Notes: generated from the letters alone by a model not told the origin. Counted from the first letter of the stretch, positions 7,952 through 14,793 are shown. The stretch is 32,000 bases of DNA from Geotalea daltonii FRC-32 (GCF_000022265.1 NC_011979.1:1740001-1772000), one strand, 5' to 3'. A program made the numbers and translations.

Positions 7952-7980
7952 AAATTACAATGTTACCCAGTTGCTGTCAA
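7952..7980 (-). promoter_or_regulatory. Near-consensus sigma-70 promoter upstream of thiS
   Basis: Minus strand: TTGACA (7980-7975), 17 nt spacer, TAATTT (7957-7952). Confidence 0.6.
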
Positions 7981-8031
7981 CTCTTTTCTTGGGGTAGAGT
8001 ATTGTTTTTAAAGGGGTTTGCGGCGATGAGG

Positions 8032-8565
8032 CTACTGTTGCAGCCGCTGTTTTCTGCCGGACTCGTCCAGGGCTTCAAGCTCCTTCCTGATCTCTTCATT
8101 GCAGAAGGTCCAGATGTGGTAGCTTTCCAGCCCTAAAACAGTGACCCCTGCGGCAAAGACTGCCCAGACATTGTCAGGCAGTACCCCTCCCAGGTGATAA
8201 AAAAGATAAAAGCCGGAAAGATATCCCACATGAGCCATGCCGCTGTAACTTTGAGAGCCCCCCATCATCCGTGACAGAATGAGGATGATGGCGGAAAAGG
8301 CATAGAGCAGAAGTGCGGTGCTGATCATGTTGGCCGATGGTGGTGTACCGAGAACGTTTCGCATCCCGGTTGGAAGGGAGGGGAGAAAGTCGAAATCCCT
8401 GATCGCCCCGATGCTGACGGCAGTGAACAGCGCCAAGGCGTGAAGCCCATGGCTGGACCTGGCTTTCAGTCGCCGGATCTTTTCCCTGCTTTCCCGGAAG
8501 CCTGGCGGCTCAGGCAACGGCTCATCATTTGCCTGCGTGTTTGAATGGGGAGCTTGCTTGCTCAT
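8032..8565 (-). CDS. Four-TM membrane protein of unknown function, last gene of the redox operon
   Basis: 177 aa with a polar N-terminal stretch of about 45 aa, then four hydrophobic segments. Conserved-looking His residues occur in AHVGYLSGFYLFYHLGG and ESYHIW. GGGAGA Shine-Dalgarno upstream. Confidence 0.7.
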   Translation of the reverse strand: MSKQAPHSNTQANDEPLPEPPGFRESREKIRRLKARSSHGLHALALFTAVSIGAIRDFDFLPSLPTGMRNVLGTPPSANMISTALLLYAFSAIILILSRMMGGSQSYSGMAHVGYLSGFYLFYHLGGVLPDNVWAVFAAGVTVLGLESYHIWTFCNEEIRKELEALDESGRKQRLQQ

Positions 8566-8606
8566 GGCCGATGGTATCTCCCGGGCCTCTGCGGCAGTGA
8601 AAGCAG

Positions 8607-9473
8607 TTACATCATTTCTTCAGCTTCCATGGCCGGCTTGTGATCGGTTTTGCGACTGCCTTTCAGTTTTCTCAGTTCCTCTTCAGCCAGTTTCAGTTGG
8701 GAAGCAATCGACCTGACATCACCGGCCAGATCGGTCAGTTCGCCGGAAATGCCTGAAAGATCATGAGAAAGACTACCACTGTTCACATTTGATGTAAATG
8801 TCCTGATTTGCCGAAGAGGCATGAAGACCTGTCGTCTCAGGAGAGCCGCGACTCCCCCGACCGATAACAGGAGGACCATGAAGCTGAAGACGATCATGCG
8901 GCTCTGCAGGACTGTCAAGTTGCTGTTCAGGTGCTCAGCCGAAAGGCCGATATCGAGGATTCCTAAAATCTTCTGGTCTGCGCTGTGGAAGTGGCACGAA
9001 GCCGTGTAGCAGGCAGGGTCATTGTAAAGGGGTGATGTTATGGCGATTATATCCTTCCCCTGCGGGTTTTGATAGCGCCTTGCCCGCTCCATCTGCTTGA
9101 GGGTTGATTTCGCTACCGGCCCGGCATGGCAGCCGATGCAACCCGCAGCCTTTTTGTCCACATAGGTGAAGACCTCACCGTGGTTGCCGGAGAACATGAC
9201 CAGCCCCTTCTTGTTGAAGATGCGCACATGCTCCACTTCATCCTGACTGCTGACGTTGTCGATGATGTTTCTCAGGGTCTCCCGGTCCCCTTTCAACATG
9301 GCGTAATGGGTCGATCTGGTGATGGTGTCGGCAAGCTTTGTTTCATAGGAGACGGCGTCGCTGATCATATCTTCTTTAAGCGCAGAGAAGAGAAGGATGC
9401 AACAGACAACGACGAATCCCGTTATGGCCACTGCTACCGGCACGATGGCTCTGGCTGTCAGGCTCTTCAACAT
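8607..9473 (-). CDS. Kinase-less membrane sensor: TM, periplasmic heme-motif domain, TM, HAMP
   Basis: GGAGGTG Shine-Dalgarno. Motifs CIGCH and CYTASCHFH are present. The protein aligns by eye along its whole length with residues 1 to about 270 of the kinase at 16314-17942. It ends after the HAMP / short coiled coil. Confidence 0.8.
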   Translation of the reverse strand: MLKSLTARAIVPVAVAITGFVVVCCILLFSALKEDMISDAVSYETKLADTITRSTHYAMLKGDRETLRNIIDNVSSQDEVEHVRIFNKKGLVMFSGNHGEVFTYVDKKAAGCIGCHAGPVAKSTLKQMERARRYQNPQGKDIIAITSPLYNDPACYTASCHFHSADQKILGILDIGLSAEHLNSNLTVLQSRMIVFSFMVLLLSVGGVAALLRRQVFMPLRQIRTFTSNVNSGSLSHDLSGISGELTDLAGDVRSIASQLKLAEEELRKLKGSRKTDHKPAMEAEEMM

Positions 9474-9520
9474 GATTGCACCTCCCCGGTCCTGCGTTTG
9501 TCCCGTGATTTCAGGTGTTT

Positions 9521-9553
9521 AAGGGGCTTCTTTTGGGGGACAAGAGGCCCCTT
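9521..9553 (-). promoter_or_regulatory. Intercistronic GC-rich stem-loop (not followed by a U-tract)
   Basis: AAGGGGCTTCTT (9521-9532) and AAGAGGCCCCTT (9542-9553) are complementary at 11 of 12 positions. The stem lies in the 99-nt gap between the nonaheme gene and the sensor gene. Confidence 0.4.
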
Positions 9554-9572
9554 CGACATCATCTTATCCCTA

Positions 9573-10337
9573 TTAAACTTTATGGCAGCGATCGCAGTTT
9601 TCCTTAACCGTAAATGCGGTTTTGCTGTCATGACATGCACCGCAGGATTTCCCTTTTTCCATTTCAGCCATGGTAACTGCTTTTTTGTGGCCGCGGTGGC
9701 TGTAGAGGTGGGCATGGCAGTCCTTGCATCCATATGCATCCAGGTGGAATACGTGGCTGAATTCCACATTGCCCGCCCCGGCTATTTTATAGCTTCGATC
9801 TTTTACGGGGTGGCAGCGGGTGCACTTGCTCAGGGCAAAACTTTTTTTCCCGTCATGACAAGCCCCGCACGACTTTCCTTTTTCCATTTCGGCCATATTC
9901 ACTCTTTTGTTTGGCCCCGGTTTGAAGATCGCGTTGTGGCAGGAACTGCACTGCATTGTCTTCAAATGCACCGAATGACTGAAGGTGGTTGGCCCGGTTT
10001 CCTTCACGTTATAGGTTATCTGGCGCACCTTATGGCATGATGTGCATCCGGAAAGGGCAAAGGCCTTGGCTCCGTTGTGGCACATGCCGCATGATTTGCC
10101 CTTGTCCATGTCTGCCATGGTATAGCGGACATTCTCTTTAAGATTGCTGTTGTGGCACGATTTGCAACCCACGTTGGCAGTTCTTGCATTTTTCTTTTTC
10201 AGGTGCGATGAGTGGCTGAAGACAACCTTGCCTGCCTTTTCCGTGTTGAAGGTTTTGTCTTTGAGTTCCATGGAGTAGGCCAGGGTGAAGCTGCCAAAGA
10301 GCATCGCCAGAATGTATGTTGTCCATCGGACTCTCAT
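9573..10337 (-). CDS. Periplasmic nonaheme cytochrome c made of three c7-type triheme modules
   Basis: Signal peptide present. Nine CXXCH motifs: CKSCH, CGMCH, CTSCH, CSSCH, CGACH, CTRCH, CKDCH, CGACH, CDRCH. The unit V.FSH..H......C..CH...(M)AEMEKGKSCG.CH......A......C..CH occurs three times. Confidence 0.9.
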   Translation of the reverse strand: MRVRWTTYILAMLFGSFTLAYSMELKDKTFNTEKAGKVVFSHSSHLKKKNARTANVGCKSCHNSNLKENVRYTMADMDKGKSCGMCHNGAKAFALSGCTSCHKVRQITYNVKETGPTTFSHSVHLKTMQCSSCHNAIFKPGPNKRVNMAEMEKGKSCGACHDGKKSFALSKCTRCHPVKDRSYKIAGAGNVEFSHVFHLDAYGCKDCHAHLYSHRGHKKAVTMAEMEKGKSCGACHDSKTAFTVKENCDRCHKV

Positions 10338-10385
10338 GACTGTCTCCTGTTACCTGGATTTAAATATGTGCCTCAACTGTTCCAA

Positions 10386-11747
10386 TTACTGGAATGAAGC
10401 CTCTTCCTTCGTCTTATAGCTGGCACCCACAGCAAGTCTTTCCTCACTCGCGTAAGCTTTGGCGACCCTGACCTTTTCCGTTGCCGGTTCCAGCGCGTCA
10501 GCGGTTTTCCATGCGTAGAGGATGGGCAGCCGGTAGAGAATGAAACGGTATACGACGATATAAATGGCGAATATGGTTACCGAGATTATCGCTTCACGCC
10601 AATGGGGAATTTCCCGCTCGGCAAGTTTCCAGTTGAAGGCGATCATGGCGGTGTTGATCCTGTTCAGAACGACGCCGAAGACGGTCAGGACGGCACTGAA
10701 ACGGACGACACCGACGAGGCGGTTCTTGATGCCGTATGCAAACAGCACAAGCGGGGCGATGACGCCGATAAAGATCTCTAACATGAACCATTGGCCCCAT
10801 CCGGTTGCCAGGTATTCCCACTCATTATCGTGGGCAATGCCGATCAGCTTGATGGTCAAATAGGTTGCAAGCCCCATGCTGGCCCCTTTGGCCAGAGCGA
10901 TGGTCAGTTTGTCCAGGTTTTCCTTGAAACGGTCGTCACAACGCCAGGCCATGGTCTTGCTGACAATGGTGCTGATGGCGATAACCATGCAAAGTCCACC
11001 CGGCAGGGATGAAACGAAAAAGTGCAACCATTGAAACGATGCCGAATACCAGAGAGGGTGTACCTTGCCTGGCGCATAGGTGAAGAGTGCCCCAAGGGCG
11101 CCCTGGTGCAAGGTAGAGAGGATGATTCCGGCCACTGTCAGGCCGAGGGTTATTTTTCGCACTCCCCGCTTGCCGACCGGGAAGCCGATCCACTCGAAAA
11201 ATGATGCCGAGACCTCCGCGACCTGCACGGAAAGATAGGTAGCCACATGCCAGGCGACCAGGAACAGTACTGCAGCAGGCCCAAAGGATACGACCATCGG
11301 GTATGGCAGGCGCCAGGGTTGCCCCAGGTCCACCAGCAGATAGACGACGGCAAAAAAGTAACCCAAGAGGCCATTCAGGAGGCCCAGGCGCTCTATGGGC
11401 TCAAAATCGTGCCGGCCGAAGATCTCGACGGTGGTGCCCAGTTGAAAACCGGAGGAGGATAGGGGGACCATGGCGAAGAGACCAAATCCGAGAAATAACC
11501 CCCATGGATAATCATTGGAGCTGTGGGTGACCCAGCTGAGACCGAAAATGAAACGGCCGAGAATGATGGGAATGCCCACGGCGAATATGGCCGCCAAAAT
11601 CCAGTTGAATGGGTTACGCAGGGCCTGGGCCACATATTGCTGTGGGGTGAGGCCGAGAAGCAGTTTTTCCATCAGCGTCCATTTTTTCTCGTCCTGCCGG
11701 TAATGGGAATCGACTATATCTATTCCTTCCTTTTTATATCTTTTCAT
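10386..11747 (-). CDS. NrfD/PsrC-type polytopic membrane quinone-interacting subunit
   Basis: ATG 11747 is preceded by GGAGGA and overlaps the FeS gene stop by 14 nt. The product is about 453 aa with many TM segments. The ORF-track N-terminal extension to 12047 runs inside the upstream gene. Confidence 0.85.
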   Translation of the reverse strand: MKRYKKEGIDIVDSHYRQDEKKWTLMEKLLLGLTPQQYVAQALRNPFNWILAAIFAVGIPIILGRFIFGLSWVTHSSNDYPWGLFLGFGLFAMVPLSSSGFQLGTTVEIFGRHDFEPIERLGLLNGLLGYFFAVVYLLVDLGQPWRLPYPMVVSFGPAAVLFLVAWHVATYLSVQVAEVSASFFEWIGFPVGKRGVRKITLGLTVAGIILSTLHQGALGALFTYAPGKVHPLWYSASFQWLHFFVSSLPGGLCMVIAISTIVSKTMAWRCDDRFKENLDKLTIALAKGASMGLATYLTIKLIGIAHDNEWEYLATGWGQWFMLEIFIGVIAPLVLFAYGIKNRLVGVVRFSAVLTVFGVVLNRINTAMIAFNWKLAEREIPHWREAIISVTIFAIYIVVYRFILYRLPILYAWKTADALEPATEKVRVAKAYASEERLAVGASYKTKEEASFQ

Positions 11748-12666
11748 TGTCGGAATCCTCCTGCGATGATTTTGGATGATCGTGCCCGTGCTCTTCTTCA
11801 TGCTCCTTTTTGCGAGTGGACAGCAGGTGGAAGCCGGTGAAAAGTGCCGGCCAGATTGCCAGTACCATGGGTACCGTGCCGAGGAATTCCTTGACATTGG
11901 AAATAATCGGTTCATTGCCCAGCGTCGTATCAAATCCCACCTTGTCGAAGGGAACACCGGAGAGATAGAGCCAGCCGGTTCCTCCCAGCTCCTTTTCGCC
12001 ATAGATGTGATCAACATATTTATCCGGAGTCTCTCGAATGCGCTCATGGCCCATTTTGATCAGATCTTTCCTGTAGCCGAAGGTCAGGACCTCCTGCGGG
12101 CACACTTCGACACAGGCTGGTGGTTTTCCGTATTTGACCCGCGTGTCGTAGCAGAAAATGCATTTTTTGACCACAGGGTTGGTGGCGCTGGAATAGCTGT
12201 AACCAGGGACATTGAAGGGACAGGCAATCATGCAGTTACGGCAGCCCACGCAGATCTTCGGGTTGTAGATAACGGCCCCTTCCTTGGTTTTAGTATAGGC
12301 ATTGACGAAGCATGAGGTGAGGCAGGCCGGTTCATTGCAATGGTTGCACTGGATTTTGCGATACACCGGGCCGCCCTGGTTTTCATAGCGATTGACAACG
12401 GTGTATGCTTCCTCCGTCGGCCGCCTTTTTTCTTCAAATACCGACTGATCGTCAAAGGGGATCTTCGGTTCGGGCAGTTTCTGCTCCTTGTTGCAGGCAG
12501 CTTCACAACTGCGGCAGCCGATGCAGCGCGTCAGGTCAACCAGGACCCCCATTCCCTCGGAATAACCTTCAAAAGAACCACTCCCCCAAGCTTTCTTTGC
12601 AGGCAGGCCAAGGGAGGATGCTGCTCCGCACAGCATGCAACCTTTCAGGAAATCTCTCCTCTTCAT
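11734..12666 (-). CDS. Tat-exported 4x[4Fe-4S] ferredoxin subunit (NrfC/HybA/HmcB family) with a C-terminal TM anchor
   Basis: Twin-arginine signal MKRRDFLKG. Four Cys clusters: CIGCRSCEAAC, CNHCNEPAC, CVGCRNCMIACP, CIFC...CVEVCP. A hydrophobic helix TVPMVLAIWPALFTGFHLL lies near the C-terminus. Confidence 0.9.
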   Translation of the reverse strand: MKRRDFLKGCMLCGAASSLGLPAKKAWGSGSFEGYSEGMGVLVDLTRCIGCRSCEAACNKEQKLPEPKIPFDDQSVFEEKRRPTEEAYTVVNRYENQGGPVYRKIQCNHCNEPACLTSCFVNAYTKTKEGAVIYNPKICVGCRNCMIACPFNVPGYSYSSATNPVVKKCIFCYDTRVKYGKPPACVEVCPQEVLTFGYRKDLIKMGHERIRETPDKYVDHIYGEKELGGTGWLYLSGVPFDKVGFDTTLGNEPIISNVKEFLGTVPMVLAIWPALFTGFHLLSTRKKEHEEEHGHDHPKSSQEDSDNEKI

Positions 12667-12707
12667 AATTGTCTCCTTGAAATACGAAGATTATTTTAGG
12701 CAAGGCT

Positions 12708-13232
12708 TTAATGCCCCTTGGCAACTTTTCCAGTCTTCTTGGGTGTGAAGCTCCCGGAGTTATAGAGAGCTTCCCCGGTCCTGTTCATCCGGTGGCAGTC
12801 CCGGCAACCTGTCGGTCCGCCCATTTTTTCATGGCATCCCATGCAGTTCAGGTGGTAGGCCCCTTTCAGTCCGGGCTTGTCCTGGTGATACAGTTTCAGG
12901 TTTGCCCGTTTCTCCTTTAGAGCTTCCGCCGAGAAGGGCTGTGCGGAATGACATCCCCGACAGGCTACCACCTTGGTTCCGCTGCTGTTCTGGTGGCATC
13001 TGGCACAGTTGGCGTCTTCCACCAGATTGCCGGTGGTGTGGTGATGGCATCCAGCGCAGTCCTTAAGGAGCCGGATATGCTGGGCGTGATTGAATTCAAC
13101 ACTGTCATAGTTTTTCACAAGCGAGTCGAGGGATATCATGTCGGGCAAATCGGCTCCCTGGCATATGTAAGGGATCGCCCCCAGCGCAATCATGAAAATG
13201 AATGTTTTTATGTTCTTTAGTCCTGTGTACAT
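12708..13232 (-). CDS. Pentaheme cytochrome c (c3/NrfB-like)
   Basis: AAGGAGA lies 7 nt before ATG 13232. Signal peptide present. Five CXXCH motifs: CAGCH, CARCH, CRGCH, CMGCH, CRDCH. Confidence 0.9.
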   Translation of the reverse strand: MYTGLKNIKTFIFMIALGAIPYICQGADLPDMISLDSLVKNYDSVEFNHAQHIRLLKDCAGCHHHTTGNLVEDANCARCHQNSSGTKVVACRGCHSAQPFSAEALKEKRANLKLYHQDKPGLKGAYHLNCMGCHEKMGGPTGCRDCHRMNRTGEALYNSGSFTPKKTGKVAKGH

Positions 13233-13282
13233 GTGGGGTTCTCCTTTGGATTGAGATAGCAATTCTTTCCGTGGCCCAAGCT

Positions 13283-13450
13283 TTACCCGTGCCTATCCCC
13301 GTCTTTGTGGATATAGCGGTAGAAAATGGGGAACCCGACAAAGAATGCAATGCAGATCAGGTATTCGACCCCTTTTATGTACTGGTAGAAATCCACCAGG
13401 GTAAAAACTTCCTTTATTTCTCCCATTGATGACAAGGCTTGATCGAGCAT
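13283..13450 (-). CDS. 55-aa single-TM protein (below the ORF-track size cut-off)
   Basis: AAAGGAGGAAAATTCC precedes ATG 13450. Product: MLDQALSSMGEIKEVFTLVDFYQYIKGVEYLICIAFFVGFPIFYRYIHKDGDRHG*. It fits exactly in the gap between flanking operon genes. Confidence 0.55.
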   Translation of the reverse strand: MLDQALSSMGEIKEVFTLVDFYQYIKGVEYLICIAFFVGFPIFYRYIHKDGDRHG

Positions 13451-13484
13451 GGAATTTTCCTCCTTTTCGCTATTTGTTTAATGG

Positions 13485-13730
13485 TCAATGTCTGATTTCA
13501 GCCTTCGCTTCTTTCTCTTTTCCTTTGCCGGCCACCAGTTCCTTGACTATTCCCCACAGGGTAAGGATGGCTGGAATCATCTGGATGACCACCACCAGGG
13601 CGCAGAAGCCGAGAAATGCCAGGACCAGAAGGCCGCTGCTGTAAACACGCGTGGTATTGGCTGCAAAAGCCTGGGGTACTGCCAGCATCCAGAGGGTAAT
13701 TGTGATGATCATTGTTTGTAGAGTTTTCAT
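13485..13730 (-). CDS. Small signal-peptide/TM protein B (81 aa), paralogue of 14191-14433
   Basis: AAGGAGA precedes ATG 13730. Product starts MKTLQTMIITITLWMLAVPQAFA-AN..LLVLAFLGFCALVVVIQMIPAIL.. and has a Lys-rich tail. The ORF-track start at 13802 is too early. Confidence 0.7.
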   Translation of the reverse strand: MKTLQTMIITITLWMLAVPQAFAANTTRVYSSGLLVLAFLGFCALVVVIQMIPAILTLWGIVKELVAGKGKEKEAKAEIRH

Positions 13731-13752
13731 GGCTTTCTCCTTTATACTTTTA

Positions 13753-14154
13753 TTAGCTCTGGGTTTTATGGGGCTTGTTTCCCTGCAGGTTCTCGAAGGC
13801 ACATTCCACTGCCTGGCGTATCTCCTCCCGGTCTTCGGGTTTTACCGGTTTCAGTGCGTGATAAAAAATGCCTTCTTTCCGCAGTTTGCGCATGAGTGGC
13901 AGAGAGATTTCATTTGAAACCAGAATGATTGTCAGGTTCTGATCGCATTTCTTCAGAATCGGCACCAGGTCAGTTGCCGTCAGTTCGTCGAATTCGCTGC
14001 TGAGCAGTACCACCTGGGCCGTCTTCTTCAGGATGCCGTAAAGCACGTTGGCTGCAGAATTGGTTACCATGACGTTGTATCCTGCTTCGATGAAGAGATC
14101 TGCCATGGATTTCCGGCTATCCAGATCTTCGTCTGCTATGAGAAGTCCTTGCAT
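13753..14154 (-). CDS. Stand-alone receiver-like domain lacking the phospho-acceptor Asp
   Basis: 133 aa with a CheY-like fold pattern. The acidic pocket is LLIADED. The beta3 end reads VVLLSSEF, with Ser where the phosphorylated Asp is expected. ILVSN and the ALKP Lys are retained. Confidence 0.75.
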   Translation of the reverse strand: MQGLLIADEDLDSRKSMADLFIEAGYNVMVTNSAANVLYGILKKTAQVVLLSSEFDELTATDLVPILKKCDQNLTIILVSNEISLPLMRKLRKEGIFYHALKPVKPEDREEIRQAVECAFENLQGNKPHKTQS

Positions 14155-14190
14155 ATCTAAACCTCTCTCCTTTTGGTTTAGCAGCTAGCT

Positions 14191-14433
14191 TTAGGATGTC
14201 TTGTCTGTTTTCTTTGCCAGAACTCGCTCTTTAGGAGCGACGAAAATCCCTTTCAGCATGGAAAAGAACAGCATAATGCCGGGGACCGCCTGAAATACGA
14301 TGATCAACGCCCCGAAGCCAAGAAACAAGTACAGCAGCAGGCTTGGTTCTGTTTTTTCCGCTCCGTTTGCAGCAAATGCTGTTGAAATGCTGCCGATGAA
14401 CGCCAATAATGCGTTTTTAATCGTGCTTTTCAT
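14191..14433 (-). CDS. Small signal-peptide/TM protein A (80 aa), first gene of the operon
   Basis: AAGGAGGA precedes ATG 14433. Product starts MKSTIKNALLAFIGSISTAFA-AN..LLLYLFLGFGALIIVFQAVPGIML.. and has a Lys-rich tail. Confidence 0.75.
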   Translation of the reverse strand: MKSTIKNALLAFIGSISTAFAANGAEKTEPSLLLYLFLGFGALIIVFQAVPGIMLFFSMLKGIFVAPKERVLAKKTDKTS

Positions 14434-14481
14434 GACATCCTCCTTTTTGTCTCCTCAGTAAGCTTCCTTGCATATGCATAC

Positions 14482-14497
14482 TGCATTGGTTATGCCT
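14482..14497 (-). promoter_or_regulatory. Sigma-54 (-24/-12) promoter of the redox operon
   Basis: Minus strand AGGCATAACCAATGCA has GG-N10-GC spacing, matching the consensus TGGCAC-N5-TTGCA. It lies about 50 nt upstream of ATG 14433, and a divergent sigma-54 activator gene sits next door. Confidence 0.65.
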
Positions 14498-14705
14498 GAT
14501 TAATAAATTTAAAATTTCTGTGGATAACTATTGGAAATTTCATGGTGTTATGCGTGACAAGTCAGGTGCAAGGCTTTGGCAGGCAACCCAAGGTGTATAG
14601 TGAATTCATACGCACAAGCAACATCAAAACCAAGCTACGGCTGCTGATTCGCCCGACACTCATGCTTTAGAAAGGCCTGCACGGTCAGAACTGTGCCTGT
14701 ATGAA

Positions 14706-14729
14706 AAAAAAATACAGCTGTATTTTTTT
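14706..14729. promoter_or_regulatory. Perfect 24-bp palindrome (candidate activator or operator site)
   Basis: AAAAAAATACAG|CTGTATTTTTTT, with a third CTGTAT copy at 14697-14702. It lies about 220 bp upstream of the sigma-54 element and about 40 bp upstream of the -35 of the activator gene. Confidence 0.4.
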
Positions 14730-14764
14730 AACTATCAAGATTTCATATTTTAAAATTAAAGTGC

Positions 14765-14793
14765 TTGCTTGATTTATCATTGTTCATTACTAT
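14765..14793 (+). promoter_or_regulatory. Putative sigma-70 promoter of the sigma-54 activator gene
   Basis: TTGCTT (14765-14770), 17 nt spacer, TACTAT (14788-14793). Confidence 0.4.

Noticed and set aside
7488-8031. TPP riboswitch expected for a thi operon
   Set aside because: The only CTGAGA is on the wrong (plus) strand. No ACCTGATCTGGATAATGCCAGCG-like box follows it on either strand. An Infernal scan would be needed for certainty.
9126-10040. 304-aa plus-strand ORF
   Set aside because: It is antisense to the sensor and nonaheme cytochrome genes, whose CXXCH periodicity makes the minus-strand frame unambiguous.
11748-12047. N-terminal 100-aa extension of the NrfD-like ORF in the ORF track
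   Set aside because: The extension lies inside the FeS subunit gene in another frame. A GGAGGA-ATG start at 11747 gives the usual short overlap of coupled genes.
14701-14772. 23-codon ORF (MKKKYSCIFLTIKISYFKIKVLA) in the divergent control region
   Set aside because: It has no Shine-Dalgarno sequence. It is made of the A/T tracts of the palindrome, so it is most likely non-coding.
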